From assembly GCA_002269645.1 (NCBI GenBank), contig NIVC01000905.1, positions 310,162 through 374,161 of the forward strand: 64,000 nucleotides of DNA. The letters run 5' to 3'. The DNA is from Macrostomum lignano (taxonomy: Eukaryota). This document shows positions 39,277-54,974 of the stretch, in pieces. Both the position numbers and the translations under genes were made by a program. The notes under the pieces were generated by a model, which searched no databases, was not told the DNA's origin, and saw only the letters and a program-made list of their open reading frames with translations. The stretch's first letter is position 1, and every line of letters starts with the position of its first letter.

Positions 39277-42200
39277 TTGAGGCCCCTGGTTGTTTGCCTT
39301 GCAAACGAAAGTGACAAAGCAGCTTTCTTCGGCAACCTAAAAAACCTGCGGGAAACTGGTTCTGCCTATCAAAGAGTCAGAATAGAGAACGACCTAACAG
39401 AGAAGGAACGTACGTACAAGCAGAAGGTCATCAAAGAGCTGAAAAAACGGAAAGAAGATGGTGAGAAAAACATTCGAATTGCATATAAGAAGGGAGTCCC
39501 CTTCATCAAAGCTTTTTGAACTTCATTGACTTCCGACCTTTTTGATACTAGATGTATTAATAAATCTACTGATGCTAATAGGACTAAAAAGAAGCGGATT
39601 CAGTACACTAGAGATTATCTTATCTTGATTAATAATAGTATCACTCATAGGAACATAAAAATATCTCAAAATGCTAAATCAAAACTCTCTGAACTCAATA
39701 TTAAAAAGATTAAACAAAATTTCACAATTAGCAGTTGGAATATTACAGGACTTTATACTATAAAAGACTCAGTGATGATTCCCAAGCTTGAATTGTTAGA
39801 AGCTGAACCAATTTTTAAGCATGATATTTTCTGCCTTCAAGAAACTTGGATAATTGACACAAAAAGCAATGATAGGCTTCTCAGCACTGACAAATTGCGT
39901 GACAACTACACAATTTTCCAAAAGTCTGCAAACAAAAAAGGAAGCAGTTCTACTGGTAGGGCATCTGGCGGCCTACTGACTGCTTATAAAAAATCACTAG
40001 AAACACACTTCAATGTGACTGAGTCATTCAATAATTACAACAATTTTTTGACATTAAACTTTAAAAACAAAAAGGACAAAAGCAAAAATTTCACTGTTAT
40101 CAACTCTTACATACCACCAACATCTTCAAAATACTATGAAGAAGAGTCTTGGGAACAGTTAGCACTAATACTTGATGCACATCATTCTGAAGAAAACATA
40201 ATCCTGGTGGGAGATTTTAATGCACATACTTACAATACTGATCATATAGATTTGCATAGAATAAGCACTTTAAAGGCAAAAAATATCTCACTCTATAGGC
40301 AAAGCCAAGACAAAAAAACCTGTAAAAGTGGTAGATTATTAAACCAAATCACAAACTCATATAACTTGCATATAATCAATGGTAGATCCCTATCTGATGC
40401 AACTGGAACACTTACCTTTATCTCCAAAACTGGTTCATCTGTAATTGACCTCTGTTTTGTCTCTAGCAACTTACTTGAGCACTTTGAAGACTTTAAAGTA
40501 AGAAACCATACTTACCTTAGTGACCACAATCAAATTATACTCTCATTATCATGTAAATTCACAGCAGAGATTACAGAAACAAAACAAGCAACCAATAACC
40601 AAAGAACAAAATTCCGGATATTAAGAAAACTAGATAAACCCACCCCACAACAAGAAAAACATATCAATTGCTTCTCAGATGATCTAAAGGATCTGGAGAA
40701 TAAAATCCCAAATCTCGACATGCAAAACCCAGCTTTCATCCATAATTTAAGCAAGAAAGTTCAGCAAATCCAAAGTAAAATCACAGTAGAAACAAAAAAC
40801 CCTCTCTGTTCAGCATTGCCACAATTTCTTAAAGACCTGAGAAATGCCACCAGGCATGCCAGCAGAAGATATAAGATGTTCCCCACAAGTAGCAACCTCG
40901 CATCCAAAATACAGCTTAAAAAAACATATGAAAAAAGCTTGATTTCTTGGAAACATGAATCAATACTGTGTGCAGAAAACATGATCAACCAGGCTTATAT
41001 TCAAAATGATACAAGACAGCTTTGGCAATTACTGAAACCACATAACCGCCCCAATAACAATGCAGCAATTGACAAAAAATTTGTCATACACTTTCAAAAT
41101 CTTGTAACTGAACAAGACAGCAGCATTAGACTAGCATACAATCTTCACCTTGACAACCCTATTCTGACTAATTTAGAGGATTTCAATGCCCCATTCACCA
41201 AAGAAGAAGTTATAAAACATATTAAAAAGCTCAAAACCGACAAAGCACCTGGGCATGATAAAGTATATGTAGAAACACTCAAATACCTTGAAAACGAACT
41301 TACTGACCTCCTATGCTCACTTTTCAACGAAGCACTCAAACAAGGAACCTTTCCAACTAGTTGGATTACAAATACTCTTCATCCGATTTATAAAAACAAA
41401 GGCAGCAGTGCCGACCCCAACAATTACAGAGGAATCTGCATTCAACCAATTTTTGGCAAGCTCTTTTGCCAAATTATTAAATCCAGACTTGAAAACCTAG
41501 CATACGCTAACAATCTTATATCAAAATACCAATACGGTTTCAAGCCCAATCACAGCACAATCGACCAATGTTTTAATCTTTACAACATTATAAACCAGTC
41601 CATCTACAACAAAAATGAACTCTTTATCGGTTTTGTTGACTATGAAAAAGCCTTCGATAGCTTAAATCAACCGACCCTTTGGCACAAAACGGATAACCAA
41701 GGTATTAAAGGTCAAATGACAGAACTTATCAAGAACATGCATAAAAATGCCTGTTTCATTCTAAAGAAAGATGATGATGATGATGAAACCCAGCCAATCC
41801 CAATATCTAAAGGTGTTCTTCAAGGTAACCCTCTCTCTACCATCCTTTTTGAACTATATATTGACGACATTGTTGAATATCTTGAACTCTCTAGCGCTAG
41901 GCGCTCTCTTACGAGATCTGCTTTCCCACTCATCCTGCTCTTTGCGGACGATCAAGCCATTCTAGCTAAAAACAAAGATGAACTTCAAGACACATTTACA
42001 ACTATGGAAAATTACTGCAAGCAAAACTACTTGAAAGTTAATGCAAGCAAAACAAAGTTTATGCAGGGCAGTACCAGACAAAAAAATGACACCGAAAGTT
42101 TTGCTACAAAAATAATCTACGACAACCAAGAAATAGAGGAAGTAAATGAATTTAAATACCTGGGAATTATTTTTGAACCAAAAAACAGCTTTAAAAAATG

Positions 42201-43540
42201 TATTGAACATCAAACTAAGCAGGGTTATTCAGCTATGTTTTCCCTACTCCACAAGGTAAAAAATACGTCCCTGGACATCACACTCATCCGCAGACTATTC
42301 GACGCGCTTGTCACCCCCGTTATCACGTACGGCTGTGAGCTCTGGGGCCCTCTGGCTACCATTTCTGAAACAAAAGCTATTGATAACATTCAGCTGAAAT
42401 TCTACAAATATCTCCTCAATCTACCAAAATTTGCTAGCAACAGTGTGATATCATCAGAACTTGAGCTTACTCCAATCTCCCAACGAATTGCTAAAACCTA
42501 TCTTACCTACTGGCTGAAGATTAGACATCAAAAACTTTGCCAAACGACACTAGAAATTTTCTACTCAAACACCAGCCAAAAAAATCCATGGAAAACAAAT
42601 ATACTAAAGAAACTGGAAAGTATAGACTTAAAAGCACTAACTGAAGATAAACTTTCCCAAAGCTTTAATAACGAGAAATACCTAGTGAAAAAGCACCTCA
42701 AGATACACAGAGAAAGAGAACTTAGCCAAAAGCTAGAGAATCAGCAACATATTAAACTCTATAAAAACGCCTATCTCTACAAAAAAATCTGCAGGCCTGA
42801 CCTTTCAGATTACTTTCCATGCACTTTTAGAAACAAAAAATTCCTAACAACCCTCCTAAAACTGAAATGCGAAATTACACCCAACATTTTCTCTCATGAA
42901 CCATGTAGACTGTGTGGAGCGAGAAATGGTTCCGATATCCTACACTACTTGACCGAATGTCCACAAACCGAAAAGTTCAGAAAAAATACTTCTGTCAGTA
43001 CCTCCTAAATGACAAGCAAGTACACAAGTTAGGATATGCTACAAATGAAAAAAGAGTCAGAAAAGAGCTCACTGGTGTAGCTAAAATATATGAAGTCATG
43101 AATAGCTAAAACAGTTATGCAAACTGAAACAGACATATCAGCAGTGAAATAAATCCGCCTTTCCCATTTTTAATTTCCTACTTAATTAGCACTTAATTAG
43201 TATTTAATTAGTTTCCTATCTAATACCTATTTAAATCGTCGTCATTCGCTTAACGTAAAGTCCCTTCGAAGTTCGTTTTTGTTCATTTTTCTTTCGTTTT
43301 TACTTTTATTAACTGCAATACTTTTTTTAACTCCTTGCTTTTTCTTTCGCTTCGTTAGTCGTCCAAGTATCGTTAATAACTTTTCCGCGTTCTTTCAAAT
43401 ACCATTTTGCAAAACCCGTACTAATCATAATTAAATAACTAGTGCTAAAATATTGTCTCCTATTCCTGAAGCAATCTTAAATACATAGAAATATATTGGC
43501 CAAACAGGCTTCTTGCCTGAGCCAACTTACTACTACTAAA
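39277..43540 (+). mobile_element. 5'-truncated non-LTR retrotransposon (CR1/L2-group-like): ORF1 tail, ORF2 and 3' UTR
   Basis: The ORF1 end (39277-39519, RPLVV...VRIENDLT.KER) is followed by ORF2, then a 3' stem-loop TTGGC-caaa-CAGGC-ttctt-GCCTG-a-GCCAA (43496-43525) and a (TAC)n tail. Confidence 0.92.
39526..43008 (+). CDS. LINE ORF2: APE endonuclease plus reverse transcriptase, 1160 aa
   Basis: Endonuclease motifs SWN, CLQETW, YIPP, GDFNAH, IDLCF and SDH; RT motifs KAPGHD, NYRGI, QYGFK, FVDYEKAFDS, GVLQG..LS..LF.LYID, LLFADD and FKYLG; C-terminal C-x2-C-x8-H-x4-C. A 1-nt frameshift near 42980 removes the last about 40 codons. Confidence 0.95.
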   Translation: MTSDLFDTRCINKSTDANRTKKKRIQYTRDYLILINNSITHRNIKISQNAKSKLSELNIKKIKQNFTISSWNITGLYTIKDSVMIPKLELLEAEPIFKHDIFCLQETWIIDTKSNDRLLSTDKLRDNYTIFQKSANKKGSSSTGRASGGLLTAYKKSLETHFNVTESFNNYNNFLTLNFKNKKDKSKNFTVINSYIPPTSSKYYEEESWEQLALILDAHHSEENIILVGDFNAHTYNTDHIDLHRISTLKAKNISLYRQSQDKKTCKSGRLLNQITNSYNLHIINGRSLSDATGTLTFISKTGSSVIDLCFVSSNLLEHFEDFKVRNHTYLSDHNQIILSLSCKFTAEITETKQATNNQRTKFRILRKLDKPTPQQEKHINCFSDDLKDLENKIPNLDMQNPAFIHNLSKKVQQIQSKITVETKNPLCSALPQFLKDLRNATRHASRRYKMFPTSSNLASKIQLKKTYEKSLISWKHESILCAENMINQAYIQNDTRQLWQLLKPHNRPNNNAAIDKKFVIHFQNLVTEQDSSIRLAYNLHLDNPILTNLEDFNAPFTKEEVIKHIKKLKTDKAPGHDKVYVETLKYLENELTDLLCSLFNEALKQGTFPTSWITNTLHPIYKNKGSSADPNNYRGICIQPIFGKLFCQIIKSRLENLAYANNLISKYQYGFKPNHSTIDQCFNLYNIINQSIYNKNELFIGFVDYEKAFDSLNQPTLWHKTDNQGIKGQMTELIKNMHKNACFILKKDDDDDETQPIPISKGVLQGNPLSTILFELYIDDIVEYLELSSARRSLTRSAFPLILLFADDQAILAKNKDELQDTFTTMENYCKQNYLKVNASKTKFMQGSTRQKNDTESFATKIIYDNQEIEEVNEFKYLGIIFEPKNSFKKCIEHQTKQGYSAMFSLLHKVKNTSLDITLIRRLFDALVTPVITYGCELWGPLATISETKAIDNIQLKFYKYLLNLPKFASNSVISSELELTPISQRIAKTYLTYWLKIRHQKLCQTTLEIFYSNTSQKNPWKTNILKKLESIDLKALTEDKLSQSFNNEKYLVKKHLKIHRERELSQKLENQQHIKLYKNAYLYKKICRPDLSDYFPCTFRNKKFLTTLLKLKCEITPNIFSHEPCRLCGARNGSDILHYLTECPQTEKFRKNTSVSTS

Positions 43541-44187
43541 ATCACTGCCCCGCCGCCCCCCAAAGTAATAATGCTAGATTGCTAGGGCCTAGCGACACCA
43601 CAAAAATTTTACTAAACTGTGAATAGACAGATAAAATATGCATATTCGTCGATATAAAAATATGCTGCTTGCCGGCGCTTAACATGCTTAACATGTATAA
43701 ATGGATATCATGCTGTTTTTTGTTAGTAGAGTAGTGTAGTAGTAGGCCTAGTACTAGTAGACAGGAATCATAGTAGCCTACTGCTAATGCAATGCAACTG
43801 GAAGCTTAGCTTTTTAATTTTTAGCCCAATAAGCATGCTTCTAGCTTTTTATCTCGTTAATTCACTGTGATAGGCATGGCATAGATATTAGGCCTAGCCA
43901 ATAGATGGTATACTATATAGACATAGACCTGTAGTAGCCATATAGGCCTACTCTGGTCTCTAGAATCCTGGATCGTGTTAAATGCATGCTGCCGCTGGGA
44001 AACACAAACCTGGTGTATGGAATGCTTATCAAGCGGTCAAGCCTTTATCTTCATCATGCTTTTATCATTTTAGTATATCTTTAATTTTTTTTGTTTAATA
44101 GATAGTATAATTATTAAATACATTTTACATTTATAATTTTAACAAAAAAGTATAAAACATAGTCCACAGGCCTAGTCTGGTCTGGAC

Positions 44188-45861
44188 TCTGGATCATGCT
44201 TGGTGCACACTTAAACAAAAATTGAATGTGAATAGTTAGGGCCTACAAATAAATACATACATATGCAACCTCCAAAATTTGATCAGCTATGCAAATTAGT
44301 TTTAACAAAAAATTCAACTTAGTTTTTAGCCAAAAAATCAAAAATGCAACTTATATGTAAAAGAAACCCTAAAGCATGCTTTAACGCAACTTTGGGTAAA
44401 CAGCAGGAGTAAATATGACTGTCTTATAAAGGCAAAATGCCTCATTATTGACTTAGTATTAGGCTACTTAGGTATTTATTTGGGTGGACATAGTTGCAAG
44501 TTGCAACTTACCTTGGTTAGCCGCCAAATTAGTTGGTTGGATTGGCTGATTTGGCTGACTGTTGCTTATGTATAAATGGATATCAAAAAAATTTAAGTGC
44601 ACACCTACGCTTTTCAAATCCATGATGCTATTGTGATAATAAATAGGCCTAACTTTTTACGTTGCAACAGTAAATGACTTTTTTGTATTATATAAAGAAT
44701 TCTTTTTGGCAGATTATTTGTTTTTTTTATCTTTTTTGCCTAAACTTTCTATAATGGAAATCAATATTTACAAACATTTGTTTAAATACTTTATTATCAG
44801 CTTGAAAATGAAATCTAAAAGCTTGAAATTTACATTAGGCCTAAAAAACTTTTCAATCTTTTTCCACTTAATAGGCCTACTAACTCTTCTACTTAATACT
44901 AACTCTTCCACTTAATTCTATTAAGTGCATGCCATGTGTGCATAGATACTATTTTCTTAATCTTAGGATTAAGAAAGGATTTAGGATCTAAGATCTTAGG
45001 ATCTTAGGATGCCAACTATGCATGCCTTACTATTGGTAGGCCTATGCAAAGCCAATGCATACCTAAATTTTAAAGCATAGACCTATATTATATGATCTAT
45101 AGTATAGTGTAGCATAGAATAGATATAACTTAGATTCTAATTTTCTAGGCATTATTTGTGTTCTCTAGGATTTTATTTGGTAACATTTAAAAAAAGCCCT
45201 AAAGTCTTTTTGTCTATTCTGTTTTGTCATATTTTATGACAAATTTTATGTTTTGTCATATTTTATAAAAGATTAAACAATTTAAGCATGTCTTGTCTTT
45301 AGGCTTGGCCCTTATGATTTATTCAAATAGCTCCCTCAAATGACATGCCACACTCCAAATCATGTAATATACACCTAAAAATTTAGGTATACATTAGCCT
45401 TGCATGCCAAACATTGGCATGCACAGTTGGTGTGAAGGACTCCTAAGAAAATGGTATTCGTGCATACCTAGCATGCACTTCATAAAATTCACAAAAAAGA
45501 TAGTGTTACTTATAACTAGAAAAATAATCATTCCAAAAAGTTTATTTTTAAGCATAAATTTCAAGCTTTCCAGTTTTTAAGCTTATAATATAGCAATTAA
45601 ATAAATGTTTTACCTATCAATTTTCTACCAAAGATAGCCCAGTATAGGCAAAAAAGATTAAAAAGCAAATTATTTGCTAAAAATATTCTTTACACAGCAC
45701 AAAAAGGTCATTAACTATCACAACACAAAAAAGGCCATTTATTGTTGCAATAAATAAATACTCCTATAATTAAGAGTATGGGTAGGCCTATGCACAATTT
45801 TTTTGGTATGCATTTGTCATTATTCAATTTTTGTTCAGGTGTGCACCAAGCATGATCCAGA
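44188..45861. repeat. 40-bp inverted repeat pair flanking about 1.6 kb of AT-rich DNA
   Basis: 44188-44227 TCTGGATCATGCTTGGTGCACACTTAAACAAAAATTGAAT matches the reverse complement of 45822-45861 with 2 mismatches. Confidence 0.8.
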
Positions 45862-46447
45862 CTATAGAAGTCATGCTTAATCTTTCTTCTATTTAATATG
45901 CCTATAATTATTGAAATATAATATTCCTAATTGCCAAATAAGGGTTTTATGGCATTTTTGTTTAAATAAGCAACATTTTTCTCAAAACATATGCAAAAAT
46001 ATATAACTTTGACTAACTATTACTTTTTAATACTTTTAGCCTTTGCCTTAAAACTTTAACAAAAGAACAATAGAAATCTCTTTTATTGAATACAATAAAG
46101 ATAAAGCCAAGATAAAACTAAATTTTTCAATTTCATTCATTGAAAAATTGGAAGACATCTATTACATTTAAGATGTTGTGACTAGGATATTAGAAAAGTA
46201 AAATAATAGTAGCCATAGACTTAAAAATGATGATCCGTCTCTTTAAAACAGTTTAATTAATTGTTTACTATAAATATTCTACTTTTTTATTTATATACTT
46301 GTTATATTTAGAAATGTAGAAGAAAAACTTTTTGTAATGGTTCCTAGAATTTTTTAGTTATGACTAGGATCATGATTAGTTAAGCTTTAGTTTATTTAAA
46401 AAGTAACAAAACAGTTCCTTTTTCTAAATAAACTTTGAATTGACAAC

Positions 46448-46686
46448 TAGTGGCATCACTTCCAATTATGGGAGGGGGGGGGGCAGTGGTTGGGTTGTCA
46501 CCCCCTCTAATTTCAAGAATTAGAGCAGTGCATTATGCTAAAATCTTACAAAAAAGCATAGCAAGCTCGTACTAAAAATTATAGTGGGTCACTTCATAAA
46601 AGGATGGGAATGGTCATCCCCTAGAGGGTAGGATGGTAGTCACCAAGGGGCAGAATCCCTCTTTGCCCCCACCTGCACCACCATTG
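46448..46686. mobile_element. hAT-type MITE, 239 bp
   Basis: 8-bp direct flanks TTGACAAC at 46440-46447 and 46687-46694; imperfect ends TAGTGGC...ACCATTG; GC-rich subtermini. Confidence 0.7.
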
Positions 46687-47440
46687 TTGACAACTTTATT
46701 TTCTGTGTCATAAGTAAGAAAATACAACATATATTTATACTCAGCAACATTGTAAAGCTGCCACTCTATGCGCCAGTGAGCAGTTTCTCTTGGACTATTC
46801 TGAAATAAAAGTTACAAGAAAACTGATTGGTGTAGCTTTAATCCATTCAACCCTTGCAAACCGCTCCCCCCACTTCATTCCTAAACTCAAGTCCGCCATG
46901 GCGTAGCTGAGTTATGTCACTCAGAAAGATGAGAGGCTTTACCTGCACTTTCAAAAGTGGCGACCACAGAAAGAACCTTCTGTGATGGCGACTTTTTGAT
47001 GTTGCTGAGTACAAGCATATATATACCTTACACATATATGCAATACATGTACTTAAGATCATGCAATTACTGATGTACTGTATATTGCATAGGGCATAAT
47101 GTATATGCACAATAATAATATTCTTTGTCCTTAAGTTGTAAATCATTGCAAAAACACATTTTGCTGCCATAGGCTAAGATCCTTGCCTAGATCAATGAAA
47201 TAGCTCAGATAAAAGAAGTTAATAAGGCATGCCAATGAAATGCTCCAATAGGTACTCGTAAATGTTTATTATGGTATGTGCAATTTCTCTTTGAATACTT
47301 TCTCATTGTTATTTGATAGTACTTGTAGTAGACTTGTTTGCATTTTTTCAACTTTTTTAATTATATTATTTTTACAGATAAATTTGACAACAGTTTTGTA
47401 TTTAAATTAAACTTGAACAGAAACTAAAAAAGCATTAGCA

Positions 47441-52052
<4,612 letters not shown>

Positions 52053-52539
52053 GGATGAGAGCTTTTAAGAGAGCTTCTCCGGATGTTTGAGTTGTCTGGG
52101 TGTGAAAATTATTGAATGAAGCCGACAGCAGAAAAACTACAAAAAACCAAACCATTTTATCGTCCCACTCGCATAATATTGTTTTGAAGTAATTGTATTT
52201 GCATTAGTAATGATAATCTATATGATATAGCTGATGTAGCAGCAGAATTGCAGATCAGTTCTTTTTTCCTGAATTTGGTTCGCTTGATTCACTCACTCTG
52301 CGCGCGAATTTATTTATTTATTTATAGATTGATAGACTTTTCTCAATTCAATAGTCTCTTTGTGGGTTCTGTGTGTCTATTCCGGCATGCACAATTTAAG
52401 GTTTTTATTGTTTTCCAGATCACTGCTGTTCAATCTATTGTTTATTTAATTTGTATTTTTGTCCTGTTTTTGTTACCTGCTTTAAATCCTGAGCTTTGCT
52501 GCTGGTTTGCGATTAATTCTAATTAATATTCTCCTCTTT

Positions 52540-53490
52540 GTTGCTGGCCCAGCCTCACAGATCCCCAGTTGCTGGGCCAGCCTCCCAGATCCTCAGTTGC
52601 TGGGCCAGCCTCCCAGATCCTCAGTTGCTGGGCCAGCCTCACAGATCCTCAGTTGCTGGGCCAGCCTCCCAGATCCTCAGTTTCTGGGCCAGCCTCCCAG
52701 ATCCTCAGTTGCTGGGCCAGCCTCCCAGATGCTCGGTTGCTGGGCCAGCCTCCCAGATCCTCAGTTGCTGGGCCAGCCTCCCAGATCCTCAGTTGCTGGG
52801 CCAGCCTCCCAGATCCTCAGTTTCTGGGCCAGCCTCCCAGATCCTCAGTTGCTGGGCCAGCCTCCCAGATGCTCGGTTGCTGGGCCAGCCTCCCAGATCC
52901 TCAGTTGCTTTGCCAGCCTCCCAGATCCTCAGTTGCTGGGCCAGCCTCCCAGATCCTCAGTTACTGGGCCAGCCTCCCAGATCCTCAGTTGCTGGGCCAG
53001 CCTCCCAGATCCTCAGTTACTGGGCCAGCCTCCCAGATCCTCAGTTGCTGGGCCAGCCTCCCAGATCCTCAGTTGCTGGGCCAGCCTCCCAGATCCTCAG
53101 TTGCTGGGCCAGCCTCCCAGATCCTCAGTTGCTGGGCCAGCCTCCCAGATGCTCGGTTGCTGGGCCAGCCTCCCAGATGCTCGGTTGCTGGGCCAGCCTC
53201 CCAGATCCTCAGTTGCTTTGCCAGCCTCCCAGATCCTCAGTTGCTGGGCCAGCCTCCCAGATCCTCAGCTGCTGGGCCAGCCTCCCAGATCCTCAGTTGC
53301 TGGGCCAGCCTCCCAGATCCTCAGTTGCTGGGCCAGCCTCCCAGATCCTCAGTTACTGGGCCAGCCTCCCAGATCCTCAGTTGCTGGGCCAGCCTCCCAG
53401 ATCCTCAGTTGCTGGGCCAGCCTCCCAGATCCTCAGTTGCTGAGCCAGCCTCCCAGATCCTCAGCTGCTGAGCCAGCCTCCCAGATTTTC
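52540..53490. repeat. 28-bp minisatellite (GGGCCAGCCTCCCAGATCCTCAGTTGCT)n
   Basis: About 33 copies; explains three overlapping 300-aa ORFs. Confidence 0.97.
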
Positions 53491-54244
53491 AGTTGCACAA
53501 AAGCAGCAACTCAGAAAAATAAACAAGGTTAAAGCAGAACCTGCCATTGTTATTTAACCTGGGATTGCTACATTAACTTTTCTGATTAATATTCATTTAG
53601 AATGCTACACACACGTATATATTCAGTTATGCTGTCATTCAAACGAACTTAGTGTCCAATGGATTATTCAGCAGCAGAAGACACAAATTATGAATTAATT
53701 AGTTTATCAATGATGTTTTTCTTCATATTCCAGTTTTTGTCCTCAGTAACTAGTGATTTGCCAGCAGAGAATCTTTAGTGATAATTATTTATTACAATTA
53801 TTGCAATAAGCAGGTTTTTGATGATTGCCATATTCTGATTCAGAATGCAGACTTTTTCATTACGGTTCAAACCCCAACGCTATTACTGTTGTTGCGATGA
53901 TATGAGTAGTATACTCTAGAGAGTTGCTGTCAAAATATTTATTTGTTGTGATTAGCATTCCTTTTGTTGTGGTTCAGTTTATTTTTAATAAAGTCAATAT
54001 ATAAATCGTTCATTATTATAGGTAGTATAGTGAAATCTGCACACGAATAATGCTATTGTTAGTAGTTAATTTAATAATTATTATTGCTTTAGATGAACAC
54101 TTTCGATTCCAATGAACAACCTGCTATAATTAATCTGATAAAATTATAATAAAAATCTGATATCTCGAAGCGACAGTTAAAAATCTTTCATTTAGTAAAT
54201 TTCTTTTAGGATCCTGTTTTTCAAGATTATTTCATCCCCATTTG

Positions 54245-54930
54245 GCAGGTCGCCCCTGCATCTGCTATGAGATTCGTCCCTGCATCTGCTATGAGATTCG
54301 TCCCTGTATCTACTATGAGATTCGCCCCTTGTACCGTATGAGATTTCCCCCTGTATCGACTATGAGATTTGCCCCTGTACCCTCTGAGATTCGTCCCTGT
54401 AGCCACTATGAGATTCGTCCCTGTAGCCACTATGAGATTTGTCTCTGTATCTGCTATGAGATTCGTCTCTGTATCCACTATGAGATTCGTCTCTGTATCT
54501 GCTATGAGATTCGTCTCTGTATCCACTATGAGTTTTGTCCCTGTATCCACTGAGATTCGCCCCTGAATCTGCTATGAGATTCGCCTCTGTATCTGCTGAG
54601 ATTCGTCCCTATATCCAGTATGACATGCGTCTATGTTTCTTAAATGAGATTTGTCACTATCTGCTAGGAGATTCGCCCTGTATCTACTATGAGATTCGCC
54701 CCTGTACCCTATGAGATTCGCCCCTGTACCCTATGAGATTCGCCCCTGTACCCTATGAGATTCGCCCCTGTACCCTATGAGATTTCCCCCTGTATCGACT
54801 ATGGGATTCGCCCCTGTACCCTCTGAGATTCGCCCCTGTATCCTATGAGATTCGCCCCTGTATCCTATGAGATTCGCCCCTGTATCCTATGAGATTCGCC
54901 CCTGTATCCTATGAGATTCGCCCCTACATC
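54245..54930. repeat. About 22-bp minisatellite (TATGAGATTCGCCCCTGTATCC)n
   Basis: Seen directly; ends about 45 nt upstream of the ankyrin gene ATG. Confidence 0.93.
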
Positions 54931-54974
54931 TACTGAGATTCATTCTTTACACCAGCTAAGGCCTACGAGATGCT

